From Ophelia neglecta (taxonomy: Eukaryota), in NCBI GenBank assembly GCA_965285935.1, contig OZ260666.1:41540001-41604000 (forward strand): DNA of 64,000 bases. The letters run 5' to 3'. The position numbers and the translations under genes are program-made. Positions 1 through 12,106 of the stretch are shown piece after piece. Position 1 is the stretch's first letter. Every line of letters begins with the position of its first letter. Below the pieces are notes generated by a model, which had not been told where the DNA came from, did no database searches, and worked only from the letters and a program-made list of their open reading frames with translations.

Positions 1-336
1 TTGTATTAATTATAAATGAGGCGTACAGACGACTGATGTAAACATGCTGCTGGGCGTTCCGAAATTCCATTACCCATAACCCACCTTATTACAGGCCACA
101 AAATATGCACTATACTGCATATTATTGTAATCATTATAGATCATGGATCATTATATCACCCAAGTGTAACGGCATCTATAAATATTTACCTAAACAGGTC
201 ATCACCTTCTCTCTATAAGTAAAACGTTTATACTTACTTTAAAAGTAACATTTGTTTTCTTAATAAGCTAAGTTATTTATCGGTATTTTCTGTATTGTCG
301 GTGGCTGTGCACTGGTACATAAATTATAGCAATTTC

Positions 337-383
337 GAGAGAGAGAGAGAGCGTGATATCGAGAGAGAAAGATCGAGATCGAG

Positions 384-431
<48 letters not shown>
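337..431 (+). repeat. (GA)n microsatellite interrupted by GATCGA units
   Basis: Read directly; it explains the RERERE run in ORF 353..739. Confidence 0.95.
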
Positions 432-436
<5 letters not shown>

Positions 437-849
437 GGGGTTGAGGGGTTCGCTTTAATGCTGAAGAGTGGGGTTAGGTGCCTGCTCTCAGAGGAAGAGG
501 CTGACTGTATAGACTGTCAGGGGTCACCTGAGGAAGAAAAGCTCCTGTCTCCAAATTCGCCCTCTGTCCTGTCAGAGAGGACATGCATAGAGATTGCGGC
601 AATAAGCTGTATGCATCACGTTGTATATCTACACTTACAAATGTACATGCCGACTTCGTCAGTGCCTAGCTCTCCGTCAACTCAGAACGCTGCCAAGAAG
701 CAGCTGTGGATAGTCAGAATCACTCGTATTGCTAATTAAAGGGCGCCAAAACCACGAGCCGTCTGCTCAGGAAAAGTGATGGACTGGTAAAACATGCAGT
801 CATAATAAGTACGTTCTTTTAACCACATTTGACAGAATGTTGCGCCTAG

Positions 850-1720
850 ATGTACAGGCATCACACTAGGATCAAGTTTATGAAATTCCCACTACAACTA
901 AAACAAGATTAAGGACGCAGCGAAAGCGGCATGAAAATCATAAAAATTCAATTTTGCCCCTCTTACTACGTCCCTGCCATGGACATGTGTGCCAAGTTCT
1001 CAACGCGTCTAATACGGTCCCACTGCATCCATAATCACGACTGCACCACGACCAATGCGATAGCATGGCGTCTTTGTTGCGTCTAAGCAGATTGCAATGT
1101 GTCCGCCGCCCACCAAACCACGTCCTTACCCCGTTCGCATGGATTCGTGGTAGCGAATGGGAGATGCAGGCATTGTAGCCGCTATAAACACTGTTATCTC
1201 CCAGAAATTGTTACGAAGTGGAAACATCGTATGGCGAACGTGCTACTGTCGTGGCGAAGGCTTCAACAGCGTTGTAGCATCTTGATGATGTCTTCAACAA
1301 CGTGGCATTGACTTGTATGGGTCGCTGCATAGTCCTTTTAAAAACTAAACATAGATGTTTCAATAAGAACCTTGTGACGACGCAGTAAGATTGACTTTCA
1401 AAATTTCCCAACTGTGGTACGATCTTACTAACTCCATGAAGTATTTCAATACTTATTCTGCCTTCGGTACGTTGTTATTGCGTCTGTTGCGTTGTTTTCC
1501 AGTCCTTAGCACGATAGCACTATACGTCTGCACCCGGCCAAGTCCTCACGGTAATATATTGAGCTTGTCCAAAATGATCGGCGCGCAACCACGACCATGG
1601 ATTCCATACCACGTCCTACACGTCTCAACTGGGTGCTTTAATCGTTCTAGGCAACCTCGCCGCATTCACCCCATTTTTACCGGTCGCAATGACAACGCAC
1701 CTTAGTGTATTTGGGGTATA
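850..1720. mobile_element. Possible old non-autonomous DNA transposon
   Basis: CpG-rich block with recurrent CACGAC/GTCGT-type motifs and imperfect inverted ends (..cacactagga at ~862; ccttagtgtatttggggtata at ~1700-1720). TIR match is weak. Confidence 0.3.
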
Positions 1721-4700
1721 AACCCGTGATGATTACGTTAAGACATCTTATAAAAAGTCAGGCCACGTGATGAACACGTGGCTAATTTTGCCAACATGAT
1801 CTAATAGACGCGGTCCTAGGTTTTCAAAACAAAATTTCAATGTGATCGTGGAATAAAAAGCATTGCTTTCGAAGAACGATTCGTGTTGCAGATTTCCAAT
1901 ATTAGTTATAAAGTGGCAAGCCATCGTTGGCATCTTCATTTGATCCACGTGAAACGCAGGACTTTCCCATAAGTTCAGTTTTTCTATAATCTTTTTCTGC
2001 TGTTCCTTCACGTCAACATCTTTGCAATATTATGTCTACCTTGATAAATCCACGGTTAAAGGTATAACGGAGTGTCTCCATACTAACGACTGGCGGATTA
2101 CCCCATAAAGCCCGTCGACTCCAGCCTGCAATATTTGTGCTTTTCCTTTGACAGAACCAGAAGGTGATGATGGCCGAAGTAATCCGTTGACTGCTTTCAG
2201 GGCTGTGGTGTGGTGAGTATTGCGGTCGTTGCGGGCGGCCTGATCCCTGTTGAGTTGTTACATATACAGAGAAATGCTTCCATAAAATGCAATGACACAC
2301 CCCAAGCCCCTCGAATGATAACTATCCCCGTGAAATCCACTTTATATGGCCTCTGCCCTTTTTGGGATTTCTTCATGAGACCAACAGGAGGCGGAAGTTA
2401 TCTAGGTTTTAAGAGAGTGGCAATATGGCGGCTAGGAGAAGTCGAGTCTAGATTAAGCACTACGGAGGTGGAATTTAGTGTCTTCAGCTAACTACGGGAA
2501 ATCGCTCCGGTCATAAGGCCAGTAAGTGGGGAAATTAGGCAAAATATTTATAGCGTCCTGTAGTCATTAAACAATTCTTGGCGGTTCCTATGAGCAGACG
2601 AACGGTGAAATGCTCTTCTCATATCTCAGCCTGAAGGTGCAAACGCGACAGCTTATACATCTTCGTTTCAGCCCCCGCTTTTGACGATCCTTTGCAAACT
2701 CAATTCTATTCACCGTATTATTATTATTTTATTGACTCACCTGCGCTTAACGGAGAGCTACACACACACACACAAGTAGGAAGTAATATAAAAAATTAAA
2801 AAAAAAAATATTTGAAAGTGAAAACTAAATGCAAGCAAATAAATCTAGTGTTAAGGTGCAAAAAAGGAAACAGACAAAAGGCGAGCACCACACAAAGTGA
2901 GCACACCCGGGCACCAGGTACACATGTCTCACTGATTAGGCCTTTTACTATACATATCATAGATTACCTGCAATGCTGATTGGCGACCGGTACCTGTGTA
3001 TGTTTCGCAAGACAGAATCACTGACACAGGACTCATGGAATGCTCAGATATTTGTCTATCGCGGAATAGAATTTGCCTCTCCTTGGTTACTGATGGACAT
3101 CGTAAGAACAGGTGTATTTCTTTTCGTATCTTGGCGGACTAGGGGACGGTGCTGGGTAAGGACCCGCCTTTCCTGAGCTCAAGAATCTCCAATTGGCTGG
3201 AGAACTTCTTTATCGTGAGCAAGAGAAATCTTCTCTCGGTGTGGGTAGCTTCTCGGTGGTGGAGGGTCCTTTACCCCCAGCCTCTATGACAACAAACGCA
3301 TCCCAACATCCTCAATATTATAGCGGACACCCCTTTTTGGAAATGGAATATTATCACCCAATGCGCTATTTTCTAATGATGAATTCCGCGGTTTTCTGGC
3401 AAATTATGTACACTTAAATGAAATATTTTATTGCAGATTGATCTTTTCAATCTCACAAAGAATGTGGACTGGTCCTGATATTAGGTTACTGGTGTTTTTT
3501 TTTATCTATTGAAGAATTGCATCCATATATTTTAGATTACCTGCTTGTAGCGAAGATTCGGTGGTTTTTTTTTATTTCGGGGAACACCTTACGAAAAAAA
3601 ATTCGAATCGAAGGCTTTGTTTGGTGAAATGGGGTTCAATTGCTCAGTGATGTTGTATATGTCTTCATGTGGGTCAAAGGGACTTTCTGGTCAGTTCGTC
3701 TGCCAGACGGGTCATCTGGTCTGTACCGATGATAGCATATTTGGCTGGCGCTAATGTTCACTATGCCACAATGCGAGGAGCAGGTGCAATGAATATTTGC
3801 CTTTACATTGGCTTTAATTCCTGGCAGATTGGGATCGGTGGTGGCCGGGCGACAATCCTTTCAGACAGTAATATGTGCACAGGTTGCAACAGACTAAAAG
3901 GAAAATATTGAAAGGACATTGGTGATTTGTCTTGACACTGGCGGATCTGGCGAGGGGGGCAAGGGGGTCAGGCCCCCCTATTGGTCTCCCCAAGTTGACA
4001 AGGGCGCCAGGACCCGCCATTCTCACACGTTGCTCCAGGTAGCCTCTAGTGGGGGTGTGATTCGTGCCCCCACGGAAGCGGGGCCTGGGGTCACAACATA
4101 TGCCCTTGAAAAGACAGTACGTGGAGCCCAACCTTTTTAAGGTCCTAGAGCCGTCAGTGATTGGCTGGCTGATGTTGCAGGAAGTTCCACACTACTGAGG
4201 CAGCCACTCTCCCCACCTTTAACATAAAAAATATACCAAGTTTATTATTAAAAGCAGCCCCCTTCCATTTTGAACCTCAGGCTCATAAAACTATAGTGGT
4301 GAATAGGCATTAAAGCTTTCCTATATAAAAGGGGCACTGAACTAAAAGGCTGGTCGTATTAAACATATGCATAATTGCACATGCATATTATCATAAGCCT
4401 TCATTAGCGTTGGCGACAAAAGTCAATCTCTTATGGTATTGGCCCTCGTTCTCATAACAGCAAGGCCATCAAATTGCTTTTACAGCGAAGAACGTAATTT
4501 TCGTGGGAGCCAAAGTGCCACCCATTAATTCATCACTTACACGCTCATAACAATGAACGCCTTTCTTTTGTCATCAACTTTGTGTCATCATAGTATCTCT
4601 CTAAATAATGTGGCATTTCTTCTGTATTTTGAATGGGCAGCATTAGCACATATTTCCGGCAAAATGCCGCCTTTGAACAAAAAAGAGCACCGCCGTGTAA

Positions 4701-7700
4701 CCTTTCTTTTGTCATCGTGGCGATCTATCGAGGGCAAGAAACAATATATATTATATCAGTATACTAAAGGTACATCGTGACCAGGATGAAGCCAAATATT
4801 TACACTAGCTTTAGTTGCATCATGTTTATTTTTATTGTTCGATTATCGTTATAAATTTTCTATAGACAATTTTTAAGACTAGTTTTTTTTACAACATATT
4901 GCCACATTTTGTTTGGACAATGATATTCGTCCAATTGTTGTATTCATGGATAGACGCCTTGGTAAAATATTTGGCCGGAAGAGAGCACCTTAAAGTTTGG
5001 AGATTGCGCACAACTCTGGACCCACTTCCATACATAAACTAAGCTATATACTGTGTGAAAGTGAGGCCAGTGTGGTGTGGGATCTGTACTTTCAACGAGT
5101 CGCCAAGCCTATAACCAACAACATGGTCGAACTGGAGAAGATCAAGGGACAAGACACCTGAATCAGCTGCAGGTCATGGCGGGCGGTGGCAGGTTTCAGG
5201 TGTCGAGCATGGAGACTATCAAAGGTCACTGGAGCCGCTGCCATCTTCAATACGGGCGTCCTGGTTTATACGCAGCCCCCTTATAACTGAAACAGAACGC
5301 CTCGGTCGTTATTAATGTACACTAGGTATAACATGCCTCTTCTGATCGCTCTCCTATTCTTTTTGTTTCTTGGCATCTGATCTTTCTGTCGAGTTATGAA
5401 ATATCCGCAGGCGTATTAAATGCAAGTTTGCATGTCTAGAAAACGTTACCTGTCGAAATGACTGGAAATATAAGTAAAGTAAGCAAGCCAAGGCTTCAAG
5501 ATAGACGAAGCTGCCTTTTGGCAAAAGCTTGCAAAAGTACACTGATGTCAGAGACAGGGTCTCCGACTGTAATTGCAGTGGCTAAGAGGCTTACAACTGC
5601 CATAACCAGATTTGTTCAATGACTTCCAGTAATACCATAATAAGATAAAATGAAAACCTAGGCCAAGACTGAGGCGCAGGTCTGCAAGAATACCGTCACC
5701 ACTCAGAGAAATTGTTATTTTATGAACTAGGAAACATGTTGGGGATTACATGTTGTATTGCGAGAAAGGCTACGAACAACACTAGGTCATGCATATGAAA
5801 GCTGAAAGGACAAAGCATCTGTCACTTGGAATTCTGTTGCTGCTTTGGCGTCAAGGGACAACAAGAGTCAGTATTGTATTGCAGTACTGGCACTACCAGA
5901 CTAAGGAAAATACTTGAAATTCAACCCTACATGGTAATGTACTGCAAAGTCGCCATGTTGTAAGTTTATAGCCCAATGCGGCTTCAACCTTGAAATACAC
6001 GGATGTAAATATGCTCTGAATAAGAGTGGCATTATTTATACCCTGACCAAAGTTCGATTGGGCAGTGCAATTAACCGATGATCAAAGATTTTCCCATTTT
6101 AGATTAAAATGAACAGAAAAAAGATGGCATAAAAATAGATGCAGCGAAAGATGTTCTTTCTGATGAAAGGTTGAAAGTCACCTTGTCACTTTAAATCATT
6201 TTCACCAGGGCGCCTGGTATATACCCTCAACTTACAACGTGAATGACAAAACACACTGCCCACCATGGCTTGCATCGCCAATACTCCTTGTTTTTCATCA
6301 CCTAATGTCTTAAATAACCTTTGCTGTCTCTCCACCGGCACCACCATACAGCGTTAGCCATGTGATTGTCACCAATGTCGTGTACCCCTTATGTAGTACC
6401 ACCTTATAAGTCTTATATCCGGTGTTAGCCGCCACCTATCGGCGACACCCGGTGTTTACGTTTGTCAAACCATTAAGTCAAAAAGGCCGTTGGGCCCACC
6501 CACCGTTTGTTGCCTCGTAACGTGGTTAATCCGGTGTTTGTCGTCACCTAAAGTCGTACACACCGTGCTTGTCGCCTCTGTCACGAGGTGTACCAGAAGA
6601 TTTTAACTTTGGCAGCTTCCGGTTCTGAACAAAAACTCTCGCACACGTTTCGGCTTCATAAAAAGTGACTGTATACCTTCAACAATAAATAAATGCAATT
6701 AACAAACATAACAAACCGCCAAGAATGATAGGTAAGTAACATGACTTGACCTTCATCGAAAGAGTTCTCGCTTTCACATGTCTTTGATGTCGTTTGGTCT
6801 AAAGATAGCAGCTTTGAATGCATCGACACGTGTTCTTCTCTTGCATATTATACCGATTAAATGGTGATCGATTTTGACTGATGTCTACAGAATGGTTGAA
6901 AGATAAGGCAGAAATGTTCTAAATCCATTAGGCATAACCCGTATGACTGCAAGGACACTACCAACTTGGAACCGACACAAGCTAATTAGGTGTGGTTAAC
7001 TCCATACGCTTGTCTCATTGTCTCGGCAATTAGGCACGTTGGTCGTCTGATTTCACCGCCTAGAGACGCGCCCCATCCTGTCACTCTTCGCGCCTGTCGA
7101 GGTCTTATCGCTGATGGTCTGATTCTCAAAAAGGGCGGAAACAAACTAAAGATACGAGGCCATCTTAAGCTTAGTCTCCAAATTTTACGTACCGCCTCAT
7201 TTTGCCTTCTACAATACTCGGTGTTGCAGGTAACGCTCTTCAAATATGTATTGTGAAGACGTATATATGTGAAAAATGCTATTAATGTGTGTTTAGCTGC
7301 TCACCCCGTCATAAGGCGGTATGACCTGCCTTGCTGGGGCGTGTAACGGCTAGACGAGCAGGCGGGTTCAGGGACGAGATGATCAAGCTGCCCATTGTAC
7401 CACGATCCCTGAAGCCACTCCGTATTGACGGCGCAACGCCAAATTCTAAAATAATGAGAGTCGCTAATCCACTTTATATCAATTTGCTCAGATGCGGAAT
7501 GAAATACAGAATTAAAAGTGACTGTAGAGTGGAGCGGGTCAATGCATGTCATATTCAGTTATAATATTTCCAAAATATTGCAAAGCCACGCGAGGGTAGT
7601 AAAATATACAATAATTAATTTTGAAAAGTACCTCTTCCTTTTCATAATTTTCTTCAAAAAGAGGCTTGACGAATGTTCCTCTTGTAGGTGTAGCTCTCAA

Positions 7701-10700
7701 TGGTAAGAATACAGCTAGACGCCGTAATGGGGTTATCTCTTCAATTACTTACATTTCCTGCTATTATAATGCATCGCTATGGTCGCACATCAAATTAAAG
7801 CATTATTGCATTTATTTGTGGAGAACGAAGTTAGAGCACTTTGCCCGGACTAGAGAGAATAATCCAGTTAGGCTAACGTTGTATCATGCTTTCACTGTCT
7901 CGTCTGCTACCCCACTCACGTTCGCAGCTTCCCGCCTCGCCAACTGTCGGTCGGGCCCCTGTGTCTGAAACGCCTTTCTCTCGCTTTATTCAACAAAGTC
8001 AGCTTTGCTTGCTAATATCATTGCAATGGCATTTGAGATTGCTGGCGAGTGGTTTATTGATATTTATTCCTATTTTATTCAGGATCAGATGGGTCCTAGA
8101 GCGGCATTTACACCACGGCGAGCGTGCATGAGTAAATATGGCGAAATGCATTTAGGCGGGAAACTGCTTTAAATTACTGTTCATCGAAACAGTGTCGTCA
8201 GCACAATGGGGTTTCCCGGTTGCTTTTAGGTCGCATTGTCAGGGTTGCGTCTGCTTGTTGTCAACACATTAAGTCCCACACTATCTTGACATTTAGGGGC
8301 CATTAGTTAGGACAACATTGAAGCATTATTATAAAAATAACCTTTGCATTCTTTGACATATGTAAAGGATTTAGTTTGGCCCGCTCAATAACAACCAGTT
8401 TTCTGCCACCAGTTACAGATTGATGCACCGATGGAGTATTGATGGTTTTGATCAAAACTTGTCATTAAATATTAATGGAAATAATGTAATGGGGTTGAAC
8501 ATAGTCATAGAATCATTTCTATTCAATAGCCCCTGAACGTTTATGCCTGGTCATATCCTTAGATAGTGTAAACTTATGGCCAGTGTCGATATAAATTAAA
8601 AACAGAACTAGTACTAGTTCCTATTGGCATCGTAGAAAATTCAAAGATATCAGAAAGGTTCAAGCCTAAGTGAACTCCAGGACAGAAGCCGGAGTCAAAA
8701 TGGATAGGTACCATGACTTGTTGTATTAGAGGAGGCCACGGGGTTAGGACCTATCTTATATTTTCCTATATTGTTCCGTCAGTCATTATTTAAAAAGTGT
8801 TATAGATGGGTGCTGCCGCCCCTGCACGTTCTGAGGGTTTAACCCCCCCCCCCCAACCCCGCCCCGTGGAGGGGACTCTCATCCAAAACCTTCACCATAA
8901 TAGCGTACCCAAACCCCCTACCTTCAAACGACCTGGATCGGCCGCTGGTTTAGACGTGTAACCCCGATTTGATCTACCACAGGATATTGGCTTGACCTTG
9001 ACATATTTCTGTTGAGATATCCTGCTCGTTTTGTGTCCTATACAATTTATCAAAAGAGAGTTATTTCATCAGAATCTGCAGTTCATAAAGTGACTGAACA
9101 GTATTGTCCGCCTCAATCTGATTGCGATCGAGTCGAGGTCTCGCGATAATATTAGAAAACAAAAATAGAGCAACATTGGTCGACCATCATGCTCAGTCCA
9201 TGCAATATTGGCTCATGAATTAGAGATGACTCTGCTGCTCTTAGAGCGGATGGAACCCAGTGAAACACCGCTCAACTGAACCGATATCGCCATATGTTAT
9301 ATTATATTAGATACCTATAAAACTTATTGGTTCCAAGAGCAGTTAAGACTAGTGTAATAACTGTTGTATTTCATTTCTTCTTTTGTTCCTCCGCAGAAGA
9401 ATTGACTGAGTATAGTGTGTCTATTTGGTGGTGAAATATAATGGAATAATACGACCAGTACTCATTTCCGGTAAAATTGGCCATTAGGCAAACAAAAGGA
9501 AAGGGAACGACCTCGAAAGGCCTATAGTATGTTCTTGACTTTTGCATGGTTTAAAATTCATGACGATTTAAAGAGAGACACGTACTTTGTGTTTTATTTT
9601 ATGAGCTCAATATTTTATTCATTAAGTGAAAGCATAATCTTCATGCAGCCCCAATCTTAATGGCTGATGATTGAGTAACGATAATAGCTACGATAATATT
9701 AAACTCTGATGGCAATAAAATATTTTTCTATTGCACCTTGATTGAGTGCATGAATTGTGACAGTTGAAAAATAATTGAACGAAATGACAATATTGCAATA
9801 ACCATTATGAAAGTCGCCAATTATTGTCGGCTGCCTTCTGTTAGTCGGGTACAGCCTCTGTGCCGGCCACCAGGGTTAATCGATAGGCATTGTAGGTACT
9901 CAGGGTATAGGGGATTGGTGATGATTTCTTTCATCGCCTTCTAGCGTGTTAATAAAACCAGTGTGGACAGGCAGTGCCAGTTATTGAGATATTTTGTGTA
10001 TTACGGTCAGCCATTGACTGGGGTCGTTGAACAAAAGCGAGATTCATTAATGGCGGAAAACTGAACTATGGGTCATGTCCATTAGGTCTAATTCTGTTCG
10101 GCAGACATTTCCACCACAAATTGTCGTCTGCTTTGATTTTGGCGCGCTTGGGAAACCATTGATCGTCCCACACCGATCTCACTTTGCTCACGCGAGCGTT
10201 AACGTGTCGCGATGGTTTCATCAAGTTGTGCCTATAAACAGAGTCGTCCTACATTATTAAAAATAAAGGGTACATGATATTTAAATTGACGGCGACAATA
10301 TTACGATTTTCAGCAAATTATTCAATTGATTAATATGCATGCTAATTTTGATAGCTGCAGGCACAAAGGATGATGTCTTTATAAGAGAAAACGTTTCTTT
10401 AAAAGTCAGCTGCAACATATTCCTTCAAATTATTCACATGGACGGAAAATCAGCTGGTTTGTGTTCATTAGCGGCCCCAAATATAACAACCACTCCAAAA
10501 CAATTTTTCTCTAAACTTATATATGCCAATATGCAACAATGTTTGTATAATTTGGGATAGGAATTAAAACCGCCCTAAATCCTAGAATAGGGGTCATTTT
10601 GAGAAGGACTTCAAGCCAGCCTATGTTACCATGACAACGGGACGGGTATTTTAACAGAGTATGGTTTCGTTTTCTTAAAAAAAAGTACAACATTTTTCAA

Positions 10701-11349
10701 GTAGGCCTATCTGAAAGGCCTGAGATTGTCTTGATATACGCTTAATTTCACATTGTCGACTGAGCAATGTTAGGATATAACCCTTAAAAGAAAGATATAG
10801 ACTAGTTGAATTGTCTTGTGACCAGTTAAAAAACAATAAGCCACTTAATATTAGCCCAACGAGTATTATGAATTATGACATCAAGATGTTTGTTAATAAT
10901 AATGTTATTTTGCATCAAAACGTGTCATTAAAACAAATTAACAATGATTGATCAACAAGCAAAAAAACTTTCTGTGTAGGATAATTTAATTTTTTTAAAG
11001 TTAAATTCAAGATAGACTGTAAGCAGTTATAACTAGAGTGTTAGGGTCAATATAATTTGGAGAGACTTGTGCAAATTAAACCCATGCTGGGTTACCAATG
11101 CAAGGACTCCAATGTTTTAATGTTTAAAAACAATATGTAGATTCAACATTGTACATCGTCCTTACAGTGGACCGTGTATATTCAAACAAATGTAAGCCCA
11201 CGTGCAAAACGTGATGTGCTTACGCGTGGGAAAACTTAAGTTAAAAATTTAAGCGGCATTCAAGATTAATAATATAATGCAAAGGTCACGTGTTATACAT
11301 GTCTGGTCCTGGTAGTAACACGTTTGATTTCAGAATAATACAAACAACA

Positions 11350-11610
11350 TTTTAGACTCCACTGTCTCCTTTTAGTCGCCCACTGCCTATTGCTGTGCCG
11401 CTGTACGTTTTCACTGACCATTTCGAGGTGGTCGGACTCGAGGTGTTTGGCGGCACTGTAAAGCTCGGCACGCCGAAAGACGTCTGCCGCATTCGTCTGC
11501 TTCTTCTCCCGGGACTCGTAGACAGGTAGACTCTTAAACAGCCTGAATCTAGAGCGTCCATCAATAACTTTTCTTCACTGACACGCTTTATGAGGCGAGA
11601 GTTACTCGAC
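11350..11610 (-). pseudogene. Frameshifted coding-like remnant, probably transposon-derived
   Basis: GC-rich island. Removing one 8-nt duplication (gtagac-ag-gtagac, 11518-11531) joins two frames into NSRLIKRVSEEKLLMDALDSGCLRVYESREKKQTNAADVFRRAELYSAAKHLESDHLEMVSENVQRHSNRQWATKRRQWSLK. Confidence 0.3.
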
Positions 11611-11909
11611 AATTACACGTTAAGACCAGGAGATATCCAAGGCGGCATAAGAGGCTTAAATTTCGTATATGATGAGCTACCCGGCCTAAAGCAACTAGTC
11701 ACTCTGCATGTAGGCAACAAAAGCGATATCTGAATGAAGATATGCGAGCTCCCCTACGCGGCCATGCTGGAGAGAACGTTACCGTACTGTTTTATTCGTT
11801 CATGTAATTGACTGATATGCAACACGAAGACGGCTGCAGTAATAGAATATTACGATTAAAATATTTTCCCCAATATCAGTTAAATCTGGTGCCTTCATTA
11901 CCCATTGAC

Positions 11910-12106
11910 TTTCCACGTTTCTTAAAAAGAAAATTTTTTAAAAACAAGAATAAAATACACCACCATTTATTTGAGTTTCCACGTTTCTTAAAAGAATTTT
12001 TTTTAAAAACAAGAATAAAATACACCACCATTTATTTGAGTTTCCACGTTTCTTAAAAGAATTTTTTTTAAAAACAAGAATAAAATACACCACCATTTAT
12101 TTGAGT
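11910..12106 (+). repeat. Three near-identical tandem copies of a 65-66 bp unit
   Basis: Units start at 11910, 11976 and 12041 (tttccacgtttcttaaaa...tacaccaccatttatttgag). Confidence 0.95.

Noticed and set aside
353-739. 128-aa ORF with an RE repeat
   Set aside because: Driven by the GA microsatellite; no recognisable domain.
6160-6185. Hammerhead ribozyme at CTGATGA...GAAA
   Set aside because: The required stems I-III cannot be formed. The other CTGATGA sites I checked also failed.
3936-8947. A single 5-kb hAT-like element bounded by CACTGGCGGATCTGG and CTGGATCGGCCGCTG
   Set aside because: The ends match only about 10/15, the flanks show no target-site duplication, and no transposase is visible. 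Probably ends of separate small elements.
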